Of a DNA stretch of 64,000 bases, positions 8,816 through 18,330 are shown in pieces. The stretch comes from an uncultured Planctomycetia bacterium (lineage in GTDB: Bacteria > Omnitrophota > Gorgyraeia > 1-14-0-20-64-10). Every line of letters begins with the position of its first letter. The stretch's first letter is position 1. The translations under genes and the position numbers were made by a program. The DNA lies in NCBI GenBank assembly GCA_964373295.1, contig CAYJUA010000001.1, forward strand, positions 4,608-68,607, written 5' to 3'. The notes under the pieces are model-generated. The model was not told the origin of the DNA, made no database searches, and saw nothing but the letters and a program-made list of their open reading frames with translations.

Positions 8816-9781
8816 ATGAAGAGCATTTTCGTGCCGGGGCACACCGGTTTGGTGGGTTCGGCGCTGTGCCGGCGGTGGGCAGGCCGGCCGGGACTCCGGG
8901 TCATCACCGCGCCGCGGCGCGAGCTGGACCTGGCCGACTCCGCCGCGGTGAAAGGGTTCCTCCAGCGGGAGAAGCCGGAGGCGGTGGTGATCGCCGCCGG
9001 CAGGGTGGGCGGGATCCGGGCGAACGACTCGCGGCCGGCGGAGTTCATCCACGACAACCTGATGATCGAGGCGAATCTCATCCACGGGGCCTGGAAGGCG
9101 GGGATCCGCCTTCTCCTCAACTTCGGGAGCGGCTGCATGTACCCCCGGGAGTGCCCGCAGCCGATGGCTCCGGAGCACCTGATGTCAGGCCCGATGGAGC
9201 CGACCAGCGAGCCGTATTCCCTGGCGAAGCTGGCCGGCTGGATCCTGTGCCGGTCATACAACCGGCAGTACGGGACCCGGTATGTGACGGCGATCCCCTC
9301 CTCGGTGTACGGGCCGGGCGACAACTTCGATCCGGAAGCGGGGCATGTGCTCTCAGGGCTCCTGCGGAAGTTCCACGAGGCGAAGGAAGAGGGACGAGGG
9401 CACGTCACGCTCTGGGGCACGGGGAAGGCTCGCCGCGAGTTCATCTACGCGGATGACCTGGCCGAGGCCTGCGAGCTGCTCCTGGAAAAGCACCCGGGAG
9501 ACGAGCCCATCAACGTGGGCACGGGAGAGCCGGTGAGCATCCGGGAGCTGGCAGGGCTCATCGCGGAAGGGGTGGGTTTTAAAGGCAGGGTCGAGTGGGA
9601 TCCTTCCCGGCCCGATGGCGCTCCGGCCAAGCGGCTGGATTCCCGGCCGCTGCGGGCGATGGGGTGGTCTCCGCGGACGGGTTTAAGGGAAGGGCTGGAG
9701 AGGACGTACGCGTGGTTCCTGCAGAGTGCGGCCGGGAGCCCGGAAGGGCGGGCGGCCGCACAGGCGGGCGTTGAGAGGTGA
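8816..9781 (+). CDS. fcl: GDP-L-fucose synthase-like NDP-4-keto-6-deoxyhexose 3,5-epimerase/4-reductase
   Basis: MKSIFVPGHTGLVGSAL...RELDLADSAAV...FIHDNLMIEANLIHGAWKAGIRLL...PTSEPYSLAKLAG...YNRQYGTRY...VYGPGDNFDPEAGHVLSGLLRKFHEA...TLWGTGKARREFIYADDLAEA is colinear with Fcl/WcaG. The ORF start in the track lies upstream in junk. ATG 8816 is in frame and follows the E1 stop. Confidence 0.75.
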   Translation: MKSIFVPGHTGLVGSALCRRWAGRPGLRVITAPRRELDLADSAAVKGFLQREKPEAVVIAAGRVGGIRANDSRPAEFIHDNLMIEANLIHGAWKAGIRLLLNFGSGCMYPRECPQPMAPEHLMSGPMEPTSEPYSLAKLAGWILCRSYNRQYGTRYVTAIPSSVYGPGDNFDPEAGHVLSGLLRKFHEAKEEGRGHVTLWGTGKARREFIYADDLAEACELLLEKHPGDEPINVGTGEPVSIRELAGLIAEGVGFKGRVEWDPSRPDGAPAKRLDSRPLRAMGWSPRTGLREGLERTYAWFLQSAAGSPEGRAAAQAGVER

Positions 9782-9785
9782 CCGG

Positions 9786-10748
9786 ATGAGAGGATCCAAC
9801 GGACAGGCCGGCGGCTTCAAGGTCCTCGTCACCGGTGGTGCGGGATACATCGGATCCGTCCTCGTGCCGATGCTCCTCGAGGAGGGGCATCAGGTGACGG
9901 TGATGGACAACTTCATGTACGGGCAGACGTCGCTGCTGGACTGCTGCCACCGGGCGAACCTCGCGGTGGTGCGCGGCGACGCGCGGGACGAGCGGGTGGT
10001 GCGGCCCCTGGTTAGCCAAGCGGACGTGGTCCTGCCGCTGGCCTGCCTGACGGGGGCGCCGCTGTGCGAGAAGGATCCCGCGCAGGCCCGGCAGGTGAAC
10101 CTCGACGCCGTCCGCGCCGTCACGCAGTGGAAATCCCGCGGCCAGCGGATCATCTTCCCGACGACCAACAGCGGGTACGGGATCGGGCAGGATGGGATCC
10201 ACTGCACGGAGGAGACGCCCCTGCGGCCGATCTCCACGTACGGGCGCCTCAAGGTGGACGCCGAGAAGGCGGTCCTGGACGCGGGAAACAGCATCACCTT
10301 CCGCCTGGCCACGGCCTTCGGGATCAGCCCCCGGATGCGGCTGGACCTGCTGGTCAACGATTTCGTCTACCGGGCGGTAACGGACGGTTTCCTGGTGCTC
10401 TTCCAGGCGCATTTCAAGCGGAACTACATCCACGTCCGGGACATCGGCGGGGCCTTCCTCCATGCCATCGGCAGCTTCGACGCGATGAAGGGCCATGCCT
10501 ACAACGTGGGCTTGAGCGACGCGAACCTCTCCAAGCGGGAGCTCTGCGAGGAGATCAAGAAGCAGGTCCCGCGGTTCTACTTCATCGAGGCGGAGGTCGG
10601 GGAGGACCCCGACAAACGGAACTACATTGTCAGCAACGAGAAGATGGAGCGGACCGGCTTCAAGCCGGAGGTCTCCCTGCGGGAAGGCATCGCGGGGCTG
10701 ATCAAGGGCTATCAGGTGATTCGCCGGATGCAGTTCGCCAACGCGTAG
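9786..10748 (+). CDS. NAD-dependent sugar epimerase/dehydratase family protein
   Basis: FKVLVTGGAGYIGSVLVPMLLEEGHQVTVMDNF... Rossmann N-terminus. YxxxK region ISTYGRLKVDAEK. Confidence 0.75.
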   Translation: MRGSNGQAGGFKVLVTGGAGYIGSVLVPMLLEEGHQVTVMDNFMYGQTSLLDCCHRANLAVVRGDARDERVVRPLVSQADVVLPLACLTGAPLCEKDPAQARQVNLDAVRAVTQWKSRGQRIIFPTTNSGYGIGQDGIHCTEETPLRPISTYGRLKVDAEKAVLDAGNSITFRLATAFGISPRMRLDLLVNDFVYRAVTDGFLVLFQAHFKRNYIHVRDIGGAFLHAIGSFDAMKGHAYNVGLSDANLSKRELCEEIKKQVPRFYFIEAEVGEDPDKRNYIVSNEKMERTGFKPEVSLREGIAGLIKGYQVIRRMQFANA

Positions 10749-10757
10749 GAGGGGCCG

Positions 10758-11825
10758 ATGATCATCTGCCGGACGCCCTTCCGGATCTCCTTTTTCGGCG
10801 GCGGGACGGATTACCCCGCCTGGTACCGGGAGAACGGGGGGGCCACGCTGGTGACGACGATCAGCAAGTACTGCTACATCACCTGCCGCTGGCTGCCTCC
10901 TTTCTTCCAGCACCGCAGCCGGATTGTTTGGTCGAAGATCGAGCTGGTGCGGGAGACCGGGGAGATCGAGCACCCCGCGGTGCGTGAGGCGCTGCAGCAC
11001 CTCCACATTCGGCACGGGATCGAGATCCACCACGACGGCGACCTCCCGGCTCGAACCGGCCTGGGGTCGAGCTCCGCCTTCACGGTGGGCCTCCTTCACG
11101 CCCTCTACGGCCTGAAGGGGGTCATGCCGAGCAAGCGGCAGCTCGCGCTGGAGGCGATCCGCGTGGAGCAGGGGTGGCTCCAGGAGAATGTGGGGTGCCA
11201 GGACCAGGTGGCGGCGGCCTTCGGAGGCTTCAACCGGATCGATTTCGAGCGCAACGATGGGATCCAGGTTTCCCCGATCCTCTTGGATCCGGGTCGGCTG
11301 GTGGAGCTCCAGAGCCGCCTGATGCTTTACTACACGGGGATCTCGCGGACCGCTTCGGAAATCGCCGGCGAGCAGATCAAGGCGACTTCCCGCAAGAAGG
11401 AGGAGCTTCGGGCGATCTACGGGATGGTGGATGAGGCGGTGCGGATCCTGCAGAGCGGCGAGGATTTGAAGGCCTTCGGGCGGATTCTCCACGAAAGCTG
11501 GAAGCTCAAACGGTCGCTCACCCCGCGGATCTCGACCCCCATGATCGATCAGCTCTACGAAACCGCCCGGGCTGCGGGAGCCACCGGCGGGAAGATCCTG
11601 GGGGCCGGAGGCGGGGGGTTCCTGCTGCTCTTCGTCGAACCGGATCGCCAGCCGGAGGTCCGCGAGGCCCTGGGACAACTGCTGCACGTCCCGGTGCAGT
11701 TCGAGAGCTCTGGGAGCCGAATCATCTTCTATGACCCGGACGGCTACGATCCGGAGGAGGGGGTGGCGCAGCAGCAGCGAACGGGGAGTTCTCCGGAACA
11801 AGAAGGGATTTTGACCCCGGGATGA
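10758..11825 (+). CDS. GHMP-family sugar kinase (HddA / fucokinase-like)
   Basis: MIICRTPFRISFFGGGTDYPAWY N-terminus and GHMP motif PARTGLGSSSAFTVGLLHAL. Strong AGGAGG RBS upstream. Confidence 0.75.
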   Translation: MIICRTPFRISFFGGGTDYPAWYRENGGATLVTTISKYCYITCRWLPPFFQHRSRIVWSKIELVRETGEIEHPAVREALQHLHIRHGIEIHHDGDLPARTGLGSSSAFTVGLLHALYGLKGVMPSKRQLALEAIRVEQGWLQENVGCQDQVAAAFGGFNRIDFERNDGIQVSPILLDPGRLVELQSRLMLYYTGISRTASEIAGEQIKATSRKKEELRAIYGMVDEAVRILQSGEDLKAFGRILHESWKLKRSLTPRISTPMIDQLYETARAAGATGGKILGAGGGGFLLLFVEPDRQPEVREALGQLLHVPVQFESSGSRIIFYDPDGYDPEEGVAQQQRTGSSPEQEGILTPG

Positions 11826-12625
11826 CGGCGCTCTCTGGAGGGGCCCAAACGGTTGCCGCTGGGAGCGGGGTCGGGGCGACGCAGCGGCGTCTGAAGTACA
11901 CGATGCTGGTCATGACGCTCAACGAGATCGAGGGAATGAAGGTGATCATGCCCCGGGTGCGCGGGGAGTGGCTTGACCAGATCATCGTGGTGGACGGGGG
12001 CTCCTCCGACGGCACCATCGAGTGGGCCCGGGAGCGCGGCTATGAGGTCCATGTGCAGCAGCGTCCGGGTTTCCGAAGCGCCTACCAGGAGGTGTGGCCG
12101 AAGGTTTCCGGGGACGTGGTGATCTACTTCACACCCGATGGAAATACCGTGCCGGAGGCGATCCCACAGCTCATCGAGAAAATGGAGGAGGGATACGACC
12201 TCGTGATCGGGTCCCGCTACCTGGGCGACGCGAAGTCCCTGGATGACGACGCGGTGACCTCCTTCGGGAACTGGCTGTTTCGCACGCTGACCAATCTGCT
12301 GCTGAAGCCTCGGGGCTCTCCCCGGATGACCGATCCCATGATCATGTTCCGAGCGCACCGCAGGGACCTCCCCCATCGGCTGGGGCTGGATCGGCCGGAG
12401 CCGTTCGAGGGGCTCGAGCATCTCTTCAGGACCCGGGTGGACTGGATCCCCCTGATGAGCATGCGGGCCCTGAAATGGGGAGCCCGGTGGACCGAGATCC
12501 CGGCGGATGAACCGCCCCGGATCGGAGGGGAGAGGAAGCTCCAGATCCTCAAGTGGGGAGCGGTCTTCCTTCTTCAGCTCCTGCGGGAGGCGGTCTCGGG
12601 ATCCCGGAAAGCGCCGCTGGCCTAG
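11822..12625 (+). CDS. Family-2 glycosyltransferase (polyprenyl-phosphate sugar synthase / DPM-synthase-like)
   Basis: ATGA overlap with the kinase. MLVMTLNEIEG...VVDGGSSDGT...DLVIGSRYLGDAKS pattern of GT2 DPM1-like enzymes. Confidence 0.7.
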   Translation: MTALSGGAQTVAAGSGVGATQRRLKYTMLVMTLNEIEGMKVIMPRVRGEWLDQIIVVDGGSSDGTIEWARERGYEVHVQQRPGFRSAYQEVWPKVSGDVVIYFTPDGNTVPEAIPQLIEKMEEGYDLVIGSRYLGDAKSLDDDAVTSFGNWLFRTLTNLLLKPRGSPRMTDPMIMFRAHRRDLPHRLGLDRPEPFEGLEHLFRTRVDWIPLMSMRALKWGARWTEIPADEPPRIGGERKLQILKWGAVFLLQLLREAVSGSRKAPLA

Positions 12626-12645
12626 CGGAAGGCAGGAAGCTCCCC

Positions 12646-14949
12646 TTGTCCGCGTCCCGGCGGCGGGTCCTCCTTTACAGGGTTGTGCCTGCGGCATCGG
12701 TTCTCCTGTTCCTCGGCCTGCTGGCCCCCGCAGTCCGCGGCGCCGTCCCGGACACCGACCACTGGTGGATCCTCCCGACCTTTTCCCACTACGTGGAAGG
12801 GCAATCCGCCTCGGAGATCGCCTCTTTCCTCCTGAACCATTCCCCGAAATATTTCCGGCCGCCTCTGCTCAAGGGGCTGATCCTGTTTGTGGACGGCTTC
12901 CTGGGACTTCCGTTCCGCGCCTTCCCAGCAGCCGGCCTGCTGATCCACCTGCTCAACGCTGTCCTCCTGGCCCTCCTTTGTCGGAAGATGGGGATCTCCC
13001 TTCGGGCGGCGATCTCCAGCGGGGTCATCTTCCTGGCCCTCTTCATCCATTTCCACGGCTACCTCTGGCTTCCGGCGTCTCAGCACCCCTACTCGATCAC
13101 CACCACCCTGGCGGTGCTGTGGCTCTTCCTCCGGACGGAGGAACTCAGGCGCCGGGGCCGGCCCTGGAAAGGAACCTATGCCCTCACGGCGCTGGGGACC
13201 GCTGTGGGATCGCTCCAGCACTCTGGAATGATCGCGCTGGGCTCGATGGTCTGCCACGCGTGGGTGGCGCCGGGCTTAAGCGGGATCCAGCGGAGGGAAT
13301 TGTGCAGGCGCTGGCTGCCGGTCTGGGGGCTGTTCCTGATCTATCCTTTGTGGGCGATGGCCGCCTTCGGTGACAACACGGCGATCTCGGCCATCGAGAA
13401 GATCCCCCTTCCGCCGCTGGCCAAGACGGCGGCGCTGCTCCTGGCGGCGGCCGCCGGGCTGCTGCTGATCCGCTTCGCGGCGGGAATGAGGAGCCTGCGC
13501 AGGGGCTGGGTCGGCCTGGCCCTGGCTTTGGGGGTCTGGATTCTCCTGATGGCGCGGGACTTGCGGCAGGTTCTCCTGCCGTACAACGGGCTGGTCCCCT
13601 TCATGACGGTGCTGGGCTCTTTCCTGGACCCGATCCATTCCGCTCTGCGGATGGATTCCGTCGACCCCTACCATTACGCGCAGCCCCAGGTCTCCGTTTT
13701 CCTCCTCCTGCTCACCCTCGTTACCGCCGGGACGTTTACCCTGGCCTTCGCGCGGAGAAAGAGAGGCCTGGCGGTGTGGGGGGTGTGGTATGGGATCGCG
13801 CTGGCTTACTTGCTCCTCCATAAGCACGTCGCCTCCAGCATGCCGTTCCGGACGCAGTCCCGCTATTTTCTGTACCTCTCCCCCCTCTTCTCCGTGATGG
13901 CCGGGTGCGGGCTGGCCTATGCCGCCGCGGTTCTGGCGCGGGGCGCCAGGTGGAAGAGACGGGGGCGGGATGCGGCGCTGGCTCTCACGCTGGCCGCGCT
14001 GTGCGTGCCCAATCTCCTGGCGATCCGGTTGGCCTTGTTCCGCGGGAGGCTGGTCAACACCTACTTCGTCTACGACGATGTCCGCGCCGCGGCCCTGATC
14101 GCCAGCGACCTGAAAGGCGCGGGGGATGGGGAACCGGTCGCCGTGGAGGGGCTGACCTCCTTCTGGTTTCGGAAGAAGTGGAGCCGGCCGGTGGAGGGCG
14201 AGCGGATCGCTTTCGACAATTTTCGGAGGATCCTGAGGGACCGAATCGGCCGCTCCCATCCGCTGGAGCTCGCCGGGGAGGCCAGGTGGGGGAAGGGACG
14301 CGGGTACCGGATCGGCGGCGGCCAGGTCTTCGCGCCGGACGGCAGGCCGCTCGATCTGTTCCGGGAGGAGGTCCGGGTGGGGCTGGCGCTCCTACAGGAG
14401 GGGCGCAGGGAGGAGGCGAGACGCCGCTTCCTCGCGGGGGCCGCCCGGCGGCCCTTCCTGGTGAACTACGTCCTGGGGGAGAGAGGGCGGCTGTCCGACG
14501 CGGAGTGGATCACCGGCGGCCTGGATCTGCGGGACTGGGCCGAGTGGATGGGCCGGCGCTACCGGCGATGGAGCATTGCGCCGGCGGAAAAGTGGGAGGC
14601 GGTTTCCTCCCTGATACGCGCCGAACTTTCCGATTACCTGCTCTGCCTATCGGTGCTCGCTTTCCTGGAGGATCAGGGCGGGCGGCCAGAGGAAGCCAAG
14701 CGATGGCTCTGCCAAGTCTACCTGCTGGAGCGTGATCCGGAGCGGGCGGCGGAGCTCCTCCGCGGGGATCCGCGCGCGGGCGAATCGATCCTGCTTCAGG
14801 AATTCTCCGCGCGCTTCCTGGATCCGGAGTGGTTTCACAACCCGGCCCCGTGGCGGAGGAACGACTACGCGTTTGCCAGGTTCCTGGCCCGGGCTCTCTT
14901 TGGATTGGATCTGCGGTCCGGTTGGGACCGGCGGGCAGGGGCGGCGTGA
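12646..14949 (+). CDS. Large polytopic membrane protein with C-terminal soluble domain, GT-C-fold-like putative glycosyltransferase (tandem paralog A)
   Basis: About 11 predicted TM segments in the first ~480 aa. Acidic first-loop motif VPDTDHWWILPTFSHYVEG. The C-terminal domain is rich in Arg and Trp. The ORF track begins at 12553 but that overlaps the GT2 by 73 nt. TTG 12646 has a GGAAGG RBS and is proposed as the start. Confidence 0.5.
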   Translation: MSASRRRVLLYRVVPAASVLLFLGLLAPAVRGAVPDTDHWWILPTFSHYVEGQSASEIASFLLNHSPKYFRPPLLKGLILFVDGFLGLPFRAFPAAGLLIHLLNAVLLALLCRKMGISLRAAISSGVIFLALFIHFHGYLWLPASQHPYSITTTLAVLWLFLRTEELRRRGRPWKGTYALTALGTAVGSLQHSGMIALGSMVCHAWVAPGLSGIQRRELCRRWLPVWGLFLIYPLWAMAAFGDNTAISAIEKIPLPPLAKTAALLLAAAAGLLLIRFAAGMRSLRRGWVGLALALGVWILLMARDLRQVLLPYNGLVPFMTVLGSFLDPIHSALRMDSVDPYHYAQPQVSVFLLLLTLVTAGTFTLAFARRKRGLAVWGVWYGIALAYLLLHKHVASSMPFRTQSRYFLYLSPLFSVMAGCGLAYAAAVLARGARWKRRGRDAALALTLAALCVPNLLAIRLALFRGRLVNTYFVYDDVRAAALIASDLKGAGDGEPVAVEGLTSFWFRKKWSRPVEGERIAFDNFRRILRDRIGRSHPLELAGEARWGKGRGYRIGGGQVFAPDGRPLDLFREEVRVGLALLQEGRREEARRRFLAGAARRPFLVNYVLGERGRLSDAEWITGGLDLRDWAEWMGRRYRRWSIAPAEKWEAVSSLIRAELSDYLLCLSVLAFLEDQGGRPEEAKRWLCQVYLLERDPERAAELLRGDPRAGESILLQEFSARFLDPEWFHNPAPWRRNDYAFARFLARALFGLDLRSGWDRRAGAA

Positions 14950-17270
14950 AGATCGGCGCGCGGGGGTGGCTCCTGATCGCGTCGGTGGCCGCCTACTTTG
15001 CTGTCTTGTGGCCGGCGGCTCTGCGGATCGTCCCGGAGGACGACCTCTGGTGGATGCTGCCCACGATGTCGCACTATCTCGAGGGTCGGTCCCCGTGGGG
15101 AACCCTCCTCTTCCTCCTGGATACCCTGCCGGTGGGCTTTGCCCAGCCCACCCTGAAGCTCTTCCTGTACGCTGTCTCCCGGCTTTTTGGGCCGGAGGTG
15201 CGCTGGCTCCTCCTGGCTTCGATGGTGATCCAGGTCGGCAACGCAGCGCTCCTGGGCCTGCTGGCGCGGCAGTGGGGATTGAGCGTCCGGATCGCCGCCG
15301 TTTCAGCGGTGCTCTTCCTGTTCTTCTTCGGGCATTTCCACGCGGTCCTCTGGCCGACGGCCGCCCAGCACCTGTTGGCCGTGACCACCCTCCTGGCCCT
15401 GCTGAATCTCTATTTCTGGACGGAGGGGCGGGTCCGCGAGGGGAAATGGGGCGCGGCGGCGGGTTTCATCGGGGCGGGGGCGGCGGCCCTCGCGGCCTCG
15501 ATGCAGAGGAGCACCATCATCGCGCTGGCGGTGATGGCGGCGGACCTCGTCGCTTTTTCGCGGGACGCGGAGGAGCGGGCGGCGCGGTTCCGGCGCTGGT
15601 CCTGGATCTTCCTCCTGTACGCGCTCTATCCCATCGTGATGGTGACCTCCTCAGGGGATCCGGTGGTGACGGAAGGCCTGCGCAAGCTCTCGATACCGGA
15701 CTGGCTGAGGGGGCTGGTGGTGACGGATCCCCTCTTCCCCAACTCCATCCCGTGGGGGATCCGCGCGGCGATCCTGATCGGCTTTGTCCTGGGGGGTCTG
15801 GGGGCCGTCTGGGCGGTGTTGCGCGCCGCGCCGGGCCGCTGGCTGGACCGGACCGGCTGGCGGCCGTGGGCGGCGGTCGGGGCGGGCGTGCTCCTCCTGT
15901 GGTGTTGGAAGGACCATCGGCAGCTGCTGTTCCCCTACAGCGGTTCGGTGCCGTTCCTGGCTCCCTTCTCGCTCCTCCTGGACCCTCTCCGGGCGGCTTT
16001 CGAGATGGATTCGACGGAGCCCTACTACTACCTGGCCCCCCAGGTGAGCGCTGGGACCCTCCTGCTGGCGCTGGCGGCCATCGTCGCCTTTTGGAAAACC
16101 CACCTTCTCCGGAACCGGAAGCTGGCTTTGCTCTTCGTCTGGTACGTCGTCACCCTGGGGGTTACGCTCCATCAGGATTCCAGCCATCCGCTGCACACGC
16201 CGTCGCGCTACTTCATTTACCTTTCGCCGTTGGCGGCTATCGTGGTTTCCTGCGGCCTGGAGGATCTGGCCGGCTGGGCGGCCCGGGGGCGGAGGGAGCG
16301 CTGGCGCGAGATCGCGCTGTACGGGATGGCGGGGCTCTTGTGCGCGGCGAACCTGGCGGCCATCCGCGTGGCACTCTTCCGGGGGAGGCTGGTCAACGCG
16401 GTCCTCTTTTATGACGATTTTAGGACGGTCCGCCTCATCCAGGATGAAGCCCTTGAAACTCAGGCGGTTCGGGTGAGCGGCGTGGTGCCAATGCCGATCC
16501 GGGAGGTGTGGAGGGATTTCCCCCTTTCCGTCCCGCCGGATTACGACAACCTGCACGCTGCCGCGGCGGCTTTGGGATCGATCCCGCTGCGAGGAGGGGA
16601 AGGAGCGCCGCAAGGTCTTTCCGTGTACCGCCTGGAGGGCATGCGGGTGTTGAGCCCCCTGGGGCGCTCGATTGAGCCCTTCGACCAGCTGGTCCAGGGG
16701 GGGTGGAACAAGATTTCCAGTCGGGAGTTTCAGGAGGCGTCGGAGACGTTCTTGGACGCCGTGACCAGGCCCCCGTTCCTGGTGCGCTGGCTCACGGAGG
16801 GGATCCGCATCTCCGATCTGCGCTGGGTGACCGGCGGATCGGATCTCAACGATTGGCTGGAGCGGGTTGTGGACTCCCAAAGAGAGCCCGGTCAGCCTGA
16901 GCCCAAGAAGCTGACCCGCGTGAGGGAGCTTCTCCAGGCAGAGTTGGACGCTTACGCTCGGGCGTTGGTGCTTCTCGCTTACGCCCATCACCGCTGCGGG
17001 AGGGACGCCGAAAGCCGATACTGGCTCTCGCAGACTCAGCTCTTGGAGCGTGACCCGCGAGCGATTGTTCATGAAATGGACAAGCTTCCCAAAGGGAGAT
17101 TGTCTCCGGAGCTGATCTCTTTCCTGAACCGCATGGAGGATTCCCGCTTCCTTCCCGAGGCCCATGACGTGAAGAAGGAGGATTATGCGGCAGGCCGCTT
17201 CCTGGTCCGGCTGATCCTGGGATGGGACATCCGCTCGAGCTGGGACCGGCGTTTTTCAAAGACGCTGTGA
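14946..17270 (+). CDS. Large polytopic membrane protein, GT-C-fold-like putative glycosyltransferase (tandem paralog B of the preceding gene)
   Basis: Shares many colinear motifs with paralog A: DLWWMLPTMSHYLEG vs DHWWILPTFSHYVEG, FPYSGSVPFL vs LPYNGLVPFM, EMDSTEPYYYLAPQVS vs RMDSVDPYHYAQPQVS, SRYFIYLSPL vs SRYFLYLSPL, AIRVALFRGRLVN vs AIRLALFRGRLVN, and C-terminal SSWDRR vs SGWDRR. A GTG at 14946 overlaps the stop of paralog A (GTGA). The ORF track start 14829 would overlap by 121 nt. Confidence 0.5.
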   Translation: MKIGARGWLLIASVAAYFAVLWPAALRIVPEDDLWWMLPTMSHYLEGRSPWGTLLFLLDTLPVGFAQPTLKLFLYAVSRLFGPEVRWLLLASMVIQVGNAALLGLLARQWGLSVRIAAVSAVLFLFFFGHFHAVLWPTAAQHLLAVTTLLALLNLYFWTEGRVREGKWGAAAGFIGAGAAALAASMQRSTIIALAVMAADLVAFSRDAEERAARFRRWSWIFLLYALYPIVMVTSSGDPVVTEGLRKLSIPDWLRGLVVTDPLFPNSIPWGIRAAILIGFVLGGLGAVWAVLRAAPGRWLDRTGWRPWAAVGAGVLLLWCWKDHRQLLFPYSGSVPFLAPFSLLLDPLRAAFEMDSTEPYYYLAPQVSAGTLLLALAAIVAFWKTHLLRNRKLALLFVWYVVTLGVTLHQDSSHPLHTPSRYFIYLSPLAAIVVSCGLEDLAGWAARGRRERWREIALYGMAGLLCAANLAAIRVALFRGRLVNAVLFYDDFRTVRLIQDEALETQAVRVSGVVPMPIREVWRDFPLSVPPDYDNLHAAAAALGSIPLRGGEGAPQGLSVYRLEGMRVLSPLGRSIEPFDQLVQGGWNKISSREFQEASETFLDAVTRPPFLVRWLTEGIRISDLRWVTGGSDLNDWLERVVDSQREPGQPEPKKLTRVRELLQAELDAYARALVLLAYAHHRCGRDAESRYWLSQTQLLERDPRAIVHEMDKLPKGRLSPELISFLNRMEDSRFLPEAHDVKKEDYAAGRFLVRLILGWDIRSSWDRRFSKTL

Positions 17271-17319
17271 GCGGAACCTGTGTTATCATAACCCAATCCG
17301 ATAGGGAGGCTTACCCCTC
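17271..17319 (+). promoter_or_regulatory. AT-rich palindromic motif GTTATcATAAC and GGGAGG RBS upstream of the pseB-like gene
   Basis: The palindrome at about 17283-17293 resembles the TATCATATAAC element upstream of the UXS gene. GGGAGG lies about 9 nt before ATG 17320. Confidence 0.3.
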
Positions 17320-18330
17320 ATGATTCTCAAAGAGAAGGTGGTTCTGGTCACCGGAGGCACCGGTTCCTTTGGAAGGAAATTCACCGAGACCGTCCTGCGG
17401 GACCACTCTCCCAAGAAGCTGATCATCTTCAGCCGGGATGAGTGGAAACAGTCGGAGATGGCGCACCAGTTCAACGATCCCCGCGTGCGTTTTTTCCTGG
17501 GGGACGTGCGGGATAAGGACCGGCTGGAGCGGGCGTTCGACGGCGTTCAGGTGGTCGTGCACGCCGCGGCGCTGAAGCAGATCCCCACGGCGGAATACAA
17601 TCCGTTAGAGGTGATCAAAACCAATGTTCTGGGCGCGGCCAACGTGATCGACGCCGCCATCGACCGAGGGGTCGAGCAGGTGGTGGCCCTCTCGACCGAC
17701 AAGGCGGCCAACCCGATCAACCTCTACGGGGCCAGCAAGCTTTGCTCCGACAAGCTCTTCATCGCCGCCAACGTTTACTCGGGGCCCCACCGGGCCAAAT
17801 TCAGCGTGGTGCGCTATGGCAACGTGGTGGGCAGCCGGGGCAGCGTGATCCCCCTCTTCCTGAAGCGCCGGGAGACCGGCAGGATCCCCCTCACCGACCG
17901 GCGGATGACCCGTTTCTGGATCACCTTGGAGCAGGGGGTTCAGCTGGTTCTGCATGCCCTGGCGGGGATGCACGGCGGCGAGATCTTCGTCCCCAAAGTC
18001 CCCAGCATGACGCTGGTGGACCTGGCTGAGGCGATCGCGCCGGACTGCAAGCAGGAGATTGTGGGCATCCGTCCGGGAGAGAAGCTCCACGAGGTCATGA
18101 TCACCACCGATGACTCCCGCCGGACGGTGGAGATGCCTGAATTCTACGTCATCCAACCCGATTTTCCCGCGATCCATCCCGGTTCCAACTGGGAAGAGGG
18201 GAAACCGGTTCCTGCCGGTTTCTCCTACACCAGCGATTCCAACACGCAGTGGCTCAGCAAGGCGGAGCTGCTGAAGCTGGTCGGCCAGGTGGAAGGGGTT
18301 CTGCAGGAAGCGGGCAGGGATGGGGACTGA
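17320..18330 (+). CDS. pseB: UDP-N-acetylglucosamine 4,6-dehydratase (inverting), PseB/FlaA1/CapD-like
   Basis: MILKEKVVLVTGGTGSFGRKF...LIIFSRDEWKQSEM...YGASKLCSDKLF... is about 336 aa and colinear with PseB-type short-form dehydratases. Confidence 0.7.
   Translation: MILKEKVVLVTGGTGSFGRKFTETVLRDHSPKKLIIFSRDEWKQSEMAHQFNDPRVRFFLGDVRDKDRLERAFDGVQVVVHAAALKQIPTAEYNPLEVIKTNVLGAANVIDAAIDRGVEQVVALSTDKAANPINLYGASKLCSDKLFIAANVYSGPHRAKFSVVRYGNVVGSRGSVIPLFLKRRETGRIPLTDRRMTRFWITLEQGVQLVLHALAGMHGGEIFVPKVPSMTLVDLAEAIAPDCKQEIVGIRPGEKLHEVMITTDDSRRTVEMPEFYVIQPDFPAIHPGSNWEEGKPVPAGFSYTSDSNTQWLSKAELLKLVGQVEGVLQEAGRDGD

Noticed and set aside
9579-11801. 740-aa minus-strand ORF, and many other long minus-strand ORFs (for example 26109..27740, 27743..29062, 40242..41663, 51441..53204, 54096..55706).
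   Set aside because: All are antisense to plus-strand genes with strong family signatures. Their translations are low-complexity Arg/Pro/Gly-rich, as expected from stop-codon-poor GC-rich antisense frames. No recognisable domains.
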